64,000 bases of DNA from Prorocentrum cordatum. Lineage: Eukaryota. The notes under the pieces are model-generated. The model had not been told where the DNA came from. It ran no database searches and saw only the letters and a program-made list of their open reading frames with translations. Positions within the stretch are counted from its first letter, which is position 1. Each line of letters begins with the position of its first letter. The stretch covers positions 558,001 to 622,000 of the forward strand of contig CAUYUJ010000181.1 in the NCBI GenBank assembly GCA_963575745.1. The letters run 5' to 3'. Below are positions 36,481 through 48,262 of the stretch, in pieces. The position numbers and the translations under genes were made by a program.

Positions 36481-38889
36481 TCCGGGACAAATACATCGGA
36501 ATCTGCATTTGTGGTCATCCGATCCGTCGTGTGCCCCTCGATGACATCGGCCGGCGGGTCCTCAAGTGCTCTCTGATGACGCGCGCTACTGCTCTGAAGT
36601 ATCACGTTGTGTACCGTCCAGCTGATGTTGCTGAAAACGGAGGGAGTCGGAGCAAGAAATAGAAGTCGAAAACAAAGGTTGTCGGACCTCATGGGCTGGG
36701 ATTGATCCTGTGGGCCATTCCTGGAGGATGAGGCAAGTGAAACTGGAAGGGATGGCTCAAAAACTTGAGAAACACGAGCCTTGGGTAAGGCACATCTTTC
36801 TTTCTCCCACAGCCAGGAGGACGCCGACCACTCAGCAGACCAATGGGAACCTCGCCGTGCCCGTGAGGAGGACCCCGAGGTCCGGCCAGAACAACCCCGA
36901 GGTCCGGCCAGAACAACCCTCACCGTGCCAGTGAGGAGGACTCCAGAGGTCCTCTCCAATCCTCCCCGTTGTTCCGCGTCCTTTTCGGCTTCCCTCTCCC
37001 CTCTCCCTGTTTGGCGGGTCATTGCGCCCTTGAGCCTTCGGCCCGCATGCCACACCAGAGGACTCATTTACCAGGTTCTCTTAGCAGCCGCAGTGTGGAT
37101 CACTTCAGGCACACAACATTTTCCGTCCATTCGCTGCGCGGGAAAAAAACGTTTCACACAGTATCGAGCGTGGCCTTGGGCAAGGCACAACTTGGAAAAG
37201 TACCTTCTAGATGTTGATACTTCCCCGTCCGCCCCCTCCAATATTTAGGGTTGGTGCGCGGACTGCTGCGGACCTGAAGTACTGTACGGCTCCTTGTACT
37301 GGTACTGGTAGCTTGTCGTATCGCTGTTGCACAGCTGGTGAAACATGTTTTCGCTGACATTGTCGTCAATGAGTGCGTGTTCGGGTCATGCTTCCACTTC
37401 TGCATGCCTTGTTCATAAATAAATGCTTCAGCTGTCCGGATGTCTTGTCGATCACTGGAGTCCAACTGTGGGGAACTGGATGCAACTGAACGCAACTGGA
37501 AGGACACTGAGTGCAATTGCGAGGAAACTGACTCGCTGTAACTCAGGGGATCTGCGTGTAACGGAAATGAGCCGAATGTAACCAAGAGTGGGAGCCAACG
37601 ACTACCGAGGCTGACCGCCGCAACAGTACGATCGCGGGCAGGTGGGTCGCTCCTGGGGCGATCTTTGGAGCGAGAAACATGGTAGCAGCGTTCCAAGACC
37701 CCCACGAGTCATGACAAAACGCGACGGGAGGTTTTCGCTATGTTTGGCCTCTGGAGGGCCCTCGCTGGGCCCCAGGACCGTCAGAAAACAACTCGTGGTG
37801 ATACACTGGTCCTGGGGAATGGGTCCACTTCAAGAAAAATCATGACGTCGCGAGTCTGGGATCATGAGGAGGGAGACTTCGGATGCGAGGGTGTTTCGCA
37901 GCGTCACTGGTGCATCCCTCTTCTCCCTGTCCTTCCCAGTCCCCTCTTCGTCGTCCTCCTCCTCTTCCTCGGCTTCCTCTCATGGAAGACCAAAGGCTGC
38001 CGATACGTAATCGGGCCAATCGATTCGATCCCCATCCTCGGAGGAAGGTTGTCGCTTGCATGTTATCGGGGATATCCAGTGGTCTGGCCCAATGCGATGT
38101 TACCGCACGAGTGAAGCTGCTCAAGTGTCAAGGCGAAGACCTACCCAATGTTGCAATGAAATCGAAGGATCACGCGCGCAAACATCGGGGCGCATCATCC
38201 AATAGATCGAAGCGTGGACAACCTGGCCTCCTGCGGCGATCTGCGATCCAACGGCTTCGGCACCACGACGGCGGGCGCACCCTCCGACCACCTCTCTGGC
38301 GGCGTCACACTAAAGGGGCCAATCTGGGCGGAGAGCGAGGGGCACGATGGGGGACGGCGGGACGGCGGGAAACGACGAGGCGAGGGCGTAGGGAGGACAC
38401 CTCCCGAGTGGGGGATCGAGTCGGGGAAGGAAAGGGGCGACCCTGACCGCGGAGGCCCTCCCTCCTCGACTCGCTGCCTCATCCTCCATCCTCCTCTGCG
38501 GGAGCAGTACGTGACACATGCCCGAACATGAAACTGTCGGAGGCCCGCGCGGACTTCGTGGATCTGCGCTGAATTTGTTGCTCGATCCTCCTCCTCCTCC
38601 TCCTCCTCCTCCTCCTAATCCTCCTTCTCCTCTTCCTCCTCCCCCTCCTCCTCCTCCTCCTCTTCCTCCCCCTCCCCCTCCTCCTCCTCCTCCTCCTCCT
38701 CCTCTCCTCCTCCTCCTCCTCCTCCTCCTCCCCCCCTCCTCCTCCTCCTCCTCCTCCCTCCTAAACCTCCTCCCCTGCACCTCCTCCTCACTCCTCCTCT
38801 CCTCCTCCTCCCCGCCTCCTCTCATCTCCCCCTCCTCTTGCTCCTCCTCCTCCTCCTCCTCCTCCTCCTCCTCCTCCTCCCCTTTTCCT

Positions 38890-39675
38890 TCTCCTTATAA
38901 ATAACTCCTCCCTGCCGCACCCCGAGGCCAGTTTTTAGGGCGGGCCAGACGTTTCGCCAGAGACTTCCTCACCACTTATGACTCTGAAGCTTAAACAGTG
39001 ACAGCAGCTTCACAGATGGAGGGCGGGTGGTTTTCAAAATGTGGCTTTCGCCTTAGCGCCGCGCACATTCCTTCAAACATTCGCAAGAGTTTCACGGATT
39101 GAGGGCGGGTGGTTTCCAAAATGTGGCTCTCGCCTTAGCGCCGCGCACATTCTTTGTAAACATTTGCAAGAGCTTCACGGAATGAGGACGGGTGGTTTCC
39201 GAAATGTGGCTCTCGCCTTCGCGCCGCGCACATTACTTGTAAACATTTGCAAGCGCTTCACAGATTGAGGGCGGTTCCTTTTCAAAATGTGGCTCTCGCC
39301 TGAGCGCCGCGCACATTCGCTTTCGAACTTTGCAAGCGTTTCGCGGATTCCCATGATCAGCGAACCAGGCATGGTGTTTTGGAAGGATTCCAGATTATGC
39401 GGGTGCAGCAGTCAATGTTGATTCGCGGAGTTGGAGTCCCAAAAATGGCGCTCAGGCACGATTCCGGATCGTCAAGACGCAGCAGTCAGGTTGACACGTG
39501 GCGTTGACATCCCGAGAACAATGTTTCGGCATTCTTCAAGATCTTCAAACGTCTGTCCTCCAACGGGGCAGTTCCGTCAATGGAAATGAACCGTTGTGGG
39601 GGCCTTTGAAGAGGGAGCTTGGAGGGAGGATTAGTTCCAACATCGTTGATGACTCTTGGGTTTATACTGGTCCTC
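38890..39675 (+). mobile_element. (CCT)n-embedded interspersed element, copy 2
   Basis: ATAACTCCTCCCTGCCGCACCCCGAGG start, four ~83-bp AAATGTGGCTCTCGCCTTAGCGCCGCGCACATT subrepeats, TTTATACTGGTCCTC end. Confidence 0.8.
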
Positions 39676-39769
39676 TTCCTCCTCTTCCTCCTCCTCCTCC
39701 TCCTCCCTTTCCTCCTCCTCCTCCTCCTCCTCCTCCCCCTCGCGCCTCGGATCCGCTGGGGCACCAGGG

Positions 39770-39860
39770 GGCCGCGGCCGCCGGGTCGAGCTTGGCGAGC
39801 AGCAGCCGCAGGCAGCGCATCCATTCGGTCGACCCGTACGGCCAGGCCGCCGCGAGCAGA
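39770..39860 (-). CDS. putative isolated exon, unknown protein
   Basis: AAWPYGSTEWMRCLRLLLAKLDPAAA with almost all codons ending in G/C; splice sites not resolved. Confidence 0.35.
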
Positions 39861-40175
39861 GCAAAAGAAAAACAGCCTGGCACCCACCGGCCAAGTGTGG
39901 CGCGCTGCGGGGCGCCGCCGCAGCCGCCGCCGCCGCCGCCGCAGCCGCCGCCACCGCCGCCGCCGCCGCCTCATCCACCTCCGCCTCCTCCTCCTCATTC
40001 CTCCTCCTCCTCCTCCTCCGACCTCCTACCGCCTTCCTCCTGCATGCCTCCTTCCTCCTCCTCCTCCCCCTCTTTTCCTCACCTCCTCCTCCCTCCTCCT
40101 CCTCCTCCTCCTCCTCCTACTTCACCTCCTCCTCCTCCAACTCCTCCTCCTCCCTTTCCTCGTCCTCCTCCCCCT

Positions 40176-40526
40176 CATCATGATCAGAACCATCCTCCTC
40201 CTCATCATCATCGTCATCATCATCATCATCATCATCAGCATCATCATCATCCTCATCCTCATCCTCATCACCATAATCATCATCATCAGCAGCAGCATCA
40301 TCATCATCATCATCAGCAGCATCACCATTATCATCATAGTCATCAGCATCATCCTCATCATCACCATCATCATCATTGTCAGCATCATCATGGATTTCGT
40401 CACCATTATCATTATTAACAGCATCATCATTATAATCAGCATCATCAGCATCAACATCAGCATCACCATCGTCATCTTCATCATCAGCAGCATCATCATC
40501 GCATCTACCATCATCATCAGCAGCAA

Positions 40527-40560
<34 letters not shown>

Positions 40561-41105
40561 GTCATCATCGTCGTTACCATCATCGTCAACAGCAGCATCA
40601 TCAGTATCATCATCATCTGTTTCCTCATCATCACATCCAGAATCATCATCAGTATCGTCACCATCAGCCTCACCATCATCATCAGCATCATCATTATCAG
40701 CATCATCATCATAATCAGCATCATCGTCATCATTCTCCTGATTTATCATCACCATCATCAGCAACAGCAAAAGCAGCATCATCAAAATCATAATCGTCCT
40801 CCTCGTCATCATCATCATAGTCAGCATCACCATCACCGTCATCATCATCACCATCAGCATCATCAGCATGATCTTCATGACCACAATCACCATCATCGTC
40901 ACCATGGTCATCGTCATCATCATCGTCAACAGCAGCATCATCATTATCAGCATCAGCATCATCATCATCATCACCATCACCATTGCCAGCATACTCATCA
41001 TAATCGTCATGATCGTCATCATCACCGCCACCACAGCCACCATCACCATCACCATCAACATCACCATTGTGATCATCATCATCAGCAGCATCATCATCAT
41101 TCTCA
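40176..41105. repeat. degenerate (CAT)n microsatellite, ~930 bp
   Basis: Direct reading. Confidence 0.95.
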
Positions 41106-41419
41106 TCCCTCCTCCTCCTCCTCCTCCTCCTCCTCCCTCCCTCCCTCCCTCCCTCCCTCCCTCCCTCTCTACAATGACTCAATATGAATACACTCTCCTC
41201 CTTCCCCTGATGGCGTGCGGAAGATGGCGGGCACCCCTCCGCGAAATTAGGGTTTTCCTGGAGTTGGGTTTTTCGCTTGGGTTTGTTTTCTAAATGCTGC
41301 TCTCGCTGAGGCGTCGGCTTCATTTTCGGGCTTCCGCTCGTTCCGAATCGTGCTACCGCTGCAGCGTGGGCCTCATTTTCGGATCGGTGTTTTGCCTCCG
41401 TCGTTCAGGAACGCAAGCG

Positions 41420-41537
41420 CACCACCACCGCGCACCGCCACCACCACCCCACTACCCCACCCACCACCACCATGCTACACCGCGTCACACCACATCACAC
41501 GCGCGCGCACACAGACACACACGCACCACGCACGCAC

Positions 41538-41589
<52 letters not shown>

Positions 41590-41925
41590 ACACACACACA
41601 CGCACAAACACACACACACACGCACAACACACACACACGCACACACACACACACATACACACGCACACACACACACACACTCACACACACACCACCACCA
41701 CACCACCACACCACCACCACCACCACCACCACCACCCCACCGCCATCACGCACACCAAAACCACCAAGACGCCACACCGCGTCACACCACAGCACACGCG
41801 CACACACGCACACACACACACACACCACCCACCACCACCACCACCACCACCACCACCACCACCACCACCACCACAACCACAACCACGCACACACGCACGC
41901 ACGCACGCGCACCACCACCCACTAA
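41420..41925. repeat. (CA)n/(ACC)n compound microsatellite
   Basis: Direct reading. Confidence 0.95.
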
Positions 41926-42633
41926 CTACGCACGCGCGCGCGGAGCCACAATCCGCTACGACACGCGTCCGCGGATAGAGAAAATCAGCGCCATGGTGAG
42001 GGATGGGAGGGAGGGGTAGGACGTCAGGTATGACGCGAGCGCATATAGCTTGCCCTTCCCCCTCCCTCCTCCCCTCCCTCCTCTTCCTCCTTCGTCCTAT
42101 CCTCCTCCTCCTCCTCCCCCTCCTCCCCCTTCTCCTCCTCCTCCTCCCTCCTCCCCCTTCCTCCTCCTCCTCTCCTCCTCCTCCTCCTCCTCCTCCTCCT
42201 CCTCCTCCACCCTTTCCTAACTCCAACCTCCTTCATTCTCCTCCTCAACTCTCCTTCCTGTTCTTTCCTCTACCCGTCCGCATCCCTGTCGCGCTGGCCC
42301 GTAGGCCGAAGGGCGGAGTGCGCACGTGACGGATGTTTCCGCGGCCAGAGGGCCAGCCCCGCTGGCCTACAGGCCCTCCCTGCCTGTAGGTACGCACTCC
42401 CTCCTCGCCTATGGGCGCATCCAAAGGCACTACCCGTCTACAGACACTCGTTCCCTCCGTGCCTATAGGCATTCCCTCTCTCCTCGCATACAGGCGCGCC
42501 TGAAGGCACTCCCGGTCTGCAGGCACTTCCTCCCTCCAGCCTCGTTGCAACCAAGCCCTGCTGAGGAGAAGCTGTGCCCACCCCGACTTTTTTTGTTTTT
42601 TCGTCTCGCCCTGCCGCGAGGCCCAACCCGGCC

Positions 42634-42787
42634 TTACGTCGGGCCTGTCCCCCTACGGGGGGATTTTGGGCGAAAAATAATAAGAATAAATGCCCCCAAA
42701 TAGTCAAAGCATGCTCAAAAAATCGTCCCCTGACGATTTGTTCACTATTTCTGAATTTCCCTCCTGTAGAGGGACAGGCCCGACTCA
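42634..42787. mobile_element. MITE family M1
   Basis: TTACGTCGGGCCTGTCCCCCTACGGG ... CCTGTAGAGGGACAGGCCCGACTCA; flanks AACCCGGCC / GACCTGGCC (7/9). Confidence 0.8.
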
Positions 42788-42789
42788 GA

Positions 42790-43950
42790 CCTGGCCGCCT
42801 GGGCCCGGGCCGCCGTGGGTCTCCGGAGCCCTGCGGCTGGACCCGTCCCGCCGCCCCCGCCTCGGCCGCAGGCCGGCCCTCTGAGGCCTGGGCAGGGCGC
42901 GGAGGAGGGCAGCTGGGCCAGGCAGAGTGGGCGGCGGGGGGCGGTGCTCCGGCGAACGGCCCAGACCTCCAACGCACTGAAAAAGAACCGAGACGGAGGT
43001 CTTCCTCGATGCTCCGCCCTTTTTCGGCCCTCGCCGGGCTCCGGGACCGTCAGAAAAACGACTCAGGATGAAAAAGCGGCCCTGGGGAAGGGGTCGAGAC
43101 TCCCCGGCACCCCGCCTTGCCAAAGCCACGACCTCGGATCTCTGGGGACGGTGCCCGCAGCGACGAGGCAGCCGCGCAGCCGCCCCTCAGCCCTGGGGGC
43201 GTGCCCGAGGCTCGCCCGCGTGGCTTGGCGGGAGCACCGGCGCGGGCTGGCGCCGCGACGCGGGCCCTCGGGGGGCGGCGGCTACTGCAGGGCCGCAGGG
43301 CCGCAGGGGCAGGCCGCTCGCCGGCCCACCGCCGGGGCCGCCGCCGCGGGCCTGGATTGGCGCAGCCGCGCTGCCCTCGCCGCGGAAGGGCCAGGTGGAA
43401 GCGGCCCCGTCGGGGGCCGATGACGCCGGCCGGCAGCAGGGCAGCACGCCCCCGGGCAGCCGCCCGCCTGCCACCAAGGGGCACTGGCGCTCCACCAGCG
43501 TGGCTTGGAGCACCTCCTCGGCGAAGGAGGCCTGCGGCCCTCGACGGCCTCTGGCCCGCCGCGGAGGTCCGCCTGCTCAGCTGCGACCTGCCCCCCGCCC
43601 TCGGGTGGGCAGCCAGGGGGCGCAGCCTGTGGCGGTTCCACCGCGCACGATGCTTCGCGCGCGCGTGCCGCCCCAGATCCCAGTCGGGGCTGGGGCCTGC
43701 CCACGGAGCGACTGCCCGAGGCGTGCCGGTTGTGCGCCTCGGCTGGGAGGGCCGCCTCCAGCAACTGGCTGAGTGCTGTGCCGCCCCGGAGGCTCACCGG
43801 GAAGCGGGGCAGGCCGCGCGGGGCCCGCCAAAGGGGCGAGCTCCCGCGGTGGGCGCAGCGGGGCACGCCGGGTGTGGACGAGCTTGCTGCCAGGGTGCGG
43901 CGGAGTGGCGCGGCTGCGTCGACCTTCGTGTACGCATGCCAGTGCCGCGC
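42790..43950 (-). CDS. putative exon(s) of a low-complexity Ala/Pro/Gly-rich protein, with frame switches
   Basis: Coding-like peptides TALSQLLEAALPAEA, QASFAEEVLQATLVERQCPLV and AEKGRSIEEDLRLGSFSVRW lie in different minus frames. No family recognised. Confidence 0.35.
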
Positions 43951-44689
43951 GTTAATTAAGAATGGGGGGACGGCGGGCTGGCGCGCGCGCTCCCTCCCTC
44001 CCTCCCCTTTCCCTGCCTACAGAGATGCCTGCAGGCCCTCTCTGACCACAGGCACTGCCCCCCCCTTCCCCCCTTTGCCTACCGGCGCGCCTGCAGGTGA
44101 GCGTTTTCTGATTCGGCGTTTCGACATTGGGCTGAACGGGGAGGGGGAAGGGGGGGGTGCCGGCTCCAGACCTCTGCTTAGTGCGGCTGTATGGAACGGT
44201 GCGTCCTGCGGGGGAGACCCCACCTGCTCGAAACAGGCGCCACAAACAGCCAAGATCTACTCCACAGGGCGGGGAAGGGGGGGGGTGCGAGGGCCCGCGC
44301 CGATCGGCAAAGCAGTGAACAAGAAAAAGATCACCAGGCCCTCTCTGTCTGCCAGCACTCTCCCGTTCCACTGCCTACGAGCACGCCTACAGGCCCTTCT
44401 AGCCTGTATGCAATCCCTCCTTCTCCCCCCTTCTCCCTTCCCTGCCTGCGCGCGTCCGCAAGCCATCCCCACCTCTAGGCGCCCCCTCTCCTACCTGCAG
44501 GCACGCGCCTACAGGCCCTCCCGGCCTGCAGACGTCCGCCTTACCCCACGGGGGGATGCCTGCAGGCGCCACCCGCGGGACCTCTCTGGCTGCGAGGGCC
44601 CGCAGGGCCTCATAGGTCGGAGGCGCCCGCCGACGGGAGGAGCGCCGCGTATGCGCGGGAAGCAACCCAATGGGTCACAGTCCAATGGG

Positions 44690-45260
44690 TCCTCCCTCCT
44701 CCATCCTCCCTGCCCCTCCGCCTCCTCCTCCGCCTCCGCCTCCTCATCCCTCCTTCTCCCTCCTTCCTCCTCCCTCCTCCTCCTCCCTCCTCCCTCCCCC
44801 TGCTCCTCCTCCATGCTCTCTCCTCCCTCTCCTCCTCCCTCCTCCCTGCCCCTCCGCCGCCTCCTCCTCCTCCGCCTCCTCTTCCCTCCTTCTCCCTTCC
44901 CTCCCTTCCCTCCTCTCCATGCTTCCTCCCTCCTCCCTCCTCCTGCCCCTCCGCCTCCTCCTCCTTCCTCCTCCCTCCTTCCTCCTCCTTCCTCTCCCCT
45001 CCTCCTCCCTCCTCCCTCCTCCCTCCTCCCTAGCCCCTCCGCCTCCTCCTCCTCCTCCGCCTCCTCCCTCCTTCTCCCTCCTTCCTCCTCCCTCTTCCTC
45101 CTCCTCCCTCCTCCCTCCTCCTCCTCCCCCTCCTGCCCCTCAGCCTCCTCCTCCTCCTCCGCCTCCTCCTCCTCCTTCTCCCTCCTTCCTCTCCCTCTTC
45201 CCTCCCTCCTCCCTCCTCCCTCCTCCCTCCTCCCTCCTCCCTCCTCCCTCCTCCCCTCGC
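44690..45260. repeat. (CCT)n-rich microsatellite
   Basis: Direct reading. Confidence 0.9.
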
Positions 45261-45729
45261 CCTCGCCCTCGCCCTTGCTGGTCTGCCTGCCCACGCCGCG
45301 GCGCAGCGGGCGACGCGTCTCCGACTCCCTGTCGACCTCCTCTGCTGCCGCTGCCGCTCTCGGCGCAAGGCTGGGCACGGGCTCTTCGCAGCACCACCCT
45401 GGAGGATTGTAAGGCAGCTACTAATGGACAGCCTCAGAATCCAGGAAACAGTTTAATTGCATGAAACATGTAGAAAAATAGGTGATGTGAAATAGGTCAA
45501 ATTTAGGCCGCTGCAGTATGTTCTTACAGAAATAACAAAAATATACAAGGCCCCGAATGTAACGGCAGAAGCAACCACAGATTTCCCGAGGTCCGCGCGG
45601 ACCCCACCCGCCCTCCTCTGGGCACCACAGACGTGCGCACCAAGGCACACGGGCCTTTGCCCGAAGCATGGTGCAGACTCTCCTGCTGAGGAGCGTCTCG
45701 CGCCAGCGAGCACCTACGGTTGGGGGACT

Positions 45730-45880
45730 CTGGGATAGCGTGTCGCTGCGGCGGCCCCGGTGACACGCCAGGCCCTGCAAGCGGGTAGCGTGTCGCTCCG
45801 CTCCGTGGGGCGGGAGGCTCGGAAAAGCTCGGGGCGTGGACGCTCGTGGACCGGGAAATGGATAGCGTGTCGCGCCATCG
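45730..45880 (+). repeat. AGCGTGTCGC-motif interspersed repeat (second copy at 54339-54480)
   Basis: GTGTCGCTGCGGCGGCCCCGG.GACACGC...GGGAGGCT.G.AA.AGCTCGGG is shared between the two loci. Confidence 0.8.
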
Positions 45881-47309
45881 CTCACTCGATACCTGCGGAT
45901 GGATATTGAGCCGGTGATTGGGTACGGATGATGATGAAACGTTTTGTAAAGTTCGCTAGAACTGCAACTATCGCATGACAAACTTCGCCTCATGAGACGA
46001 GCTTCCATGTAATGGCCGCTGATCGTCAGAGTCTGGTGGCCCGGTGTGCCGGTTCGGTCGGTCCCCTTTTGGGCATTCGAGCCCTCGCCCTCTCGGTCCA
46101 TGCCCACCTTCGGCACGTGTATTCTGAAGGTCTTCGCGCGCGACGCTTCACGATACGATCCTCCGTCTCGTCCCTCTCCTCTTTCCTGCCCCCCTCTCAT
46201 CCTGATTATTTGTCATGCCATCTTCTCCCTTTGCCTCTGCAGCTGCCTCCTACTCGTATTCCTCCCTCCTGTCCTGCATGCTATCCCTCTTCTTCCCTGC
46301 CCCACCGCCTCTGCCTCCCCCTCCTCTGCCCCTGCCTCCTTCCTCCCCGACATCATTCCTGTCCTCGTCGTCGTCCTCGTCCTCGTTCTCGTCCTCGTGT
46401 TCCTCGTCCTCGTCCTCGTCGTCGTCGTCGTCGTCGTCCTCCTCCTCCTCATTCGCCCTCCTGTCATCCCCCCACATCGAAAGTCCCTCGCCCACATGGT
46501 CCTCCCATTCATCCTCCTCCCTGCCTCCTCCTCACCATGCATCTCCCTCTCTGTCTCCTCATGCTTTGTGGATGCTCCTCAACCTCCTGGCCCTCCTCAA
46601 CGTCGGCGTCGTCCTCCTGATGGCCCTCCCCCTCTCACTCCTGCTCCCGTCCTCCTCCTCCTCCTCCTCGTCCACCTGTTCCCTCTTCCTGTTCTTCCCT
46701 CTTCCTCCTCTCTCCTTCCTGCAGCCTCTTTATCCTCTTCCTTCTCTCCTCCTCACCTTCCTCCCCCCTACCCCTCCCATCCTCCCCACTGTCCTGCCGA
46801 TCGCTGTCGTCACCGAAGCCGCCGTCGTCCGTACAAACCGCGGCTGTCCCCGTGGTTGTCGTCGTTGCCGCCGTCGTCGCTGGCTTCGGCGCCTCCTTCG
46901 TGGCCGTCGCTGTTGCCGTCGCCGTCGTTGTGGCCATCGCCGCAGTCGCCGTCGCCGTCCAGGATCGGCCCCCACCAGTGGGAGGGGGAGAGGGGGAAGA
47001 AAATGAGGGAGGGAGGGAGAGAGGGAGGAAGGAGAGAGGAAGGATGAAGGAGAAGGAGGGGTAAGGAGGAACGACGGAGAAGGGAGAGCGAGGAGGAAGG
47101 ATAGAGGGACAGAGAGGAGGGGGGGGAGGATGCGTGGGAGGGACGACACAGAGAAGGTGAGAGAAGGAGGGGGACGACGAGGACTAGGAGGAAGTGGCGG
47201 GAGGAGAGAGGAGAGGGAGGGATGAGGGAGAACGAGGAGGGTGGATGATGAGGAGGGAGAGAGGAGGGAGAAGGGAGCAAGGATGAGACCCACTGGGCCG
47301 CGCTCGGCC

Positions 47310-47400
47310 CCGCCGAGTAGGGCGCCTCTCCTGCAGGTCCCTCTCTGCCTGGCGCGCCTGGGCTTCCAGCGCTCCGATTCGCCGGTCCTCCGCGAGGCGG
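47310..47400 (-). CDS. putative coiled-coil exon
   Basis: LAEDRRIGALEAQARQAERDLQE in a unique island between microsatellites. Confidence 0.3.
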
Positions 47401-47599
47401 AGGGGGGAAGAGCAGCGGGAGAAGGGAGGAGCAGGGAAGGGAGGAGGGCATCGGCCGGCTATGGGTTCGTGACAACGAAAGCGCCTTCGCACCACTGAGG
47501 TGAGAGATGAGCAAACGGGGGTCCGATCCAGGTTCGGAGGTGGCCCGATCAAAGAGGGAGCCTGGAACCGCTCCGAGTCCGAGGGGGGAGGGAGGTAGG

Positions 47600-48262
47600 G
47601 GGGAGGAGGAGGAGGAGGAGGAGGAGGAGGAGGAGGAGGAGGAGGAGGAGGAGGAGGAGGAGGAGGAGGAGGGGCGGAGGAAGGAAAACGCATGGGGCAT
47701 GAGCGGGAGCCCGGGACGAGGAGGCCCGAGGGGGGAGGAGGTAGGGAGGGAATGCAGAGAAGGATGCGAGAGGAGGAAGAAGGAGGAGGAAGGAGGAGGA
47801 GGAGGAGGAAGCAGGAGGAGGAGGACGGGGGAGGAGGAGAGGGGGCCGAAGGGGAAGGCAGAGGAGCGCGGAGAGAGGGAGGAGGGAGGAGGAGGAGGAG
47901 GAGGAGGAGGAGGAGGAGGAGGAGGAGGAGGAGGAGGAGGAGGAGGAGGAGGAGGAGGAGGAGGAGGGAGGAGGAGGAGGAGGGAGGAGGAGGAGGAGAG
48001 GAGGAGGAGGAGGAGGGGGAGGGGAGGGGGAGGAGGAGGCGGAGGGGGAGGAGGAGAGGAGGAGGAGGAGGAGGAGGAGGAGGAGGAGGAGGAGGAGGAG
48101 GAGACACTCGAACTGACCGAATGAATAGGAGGAAAAGGAGGAAAAGGAGGAGGAGGAGGAGGAGGAGGAGACACTCGAACTGACCGAATGCATAGGAGGA
48201 AAAGGAGGAAAAGGAGGAGGAGGAGGAGGAGGAGGAGGAGGAGGAGGAGGGAGGAGGAGGGG
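47600..48262. repeat. (GAG)n microsatellite with duplicated GAGACACTCGAACTGACCGAATG
   Basis: Direct reading; the duplicate lies at ~48101 and ~48168. Confidence 0.9.

Noticed and set aside
39619..41187. Poly-Ile/His/Met/Asp ORFs
   Set aside because: Degenerate (CAT)n microsatellite.
38539..45605. 7-kb element bounded by GG.CCGCGCGGAC..ATCTG inverted ends (related to the 63824 foldback)
   Set aside because: Short match and no TSD; could be two independent solo ends.
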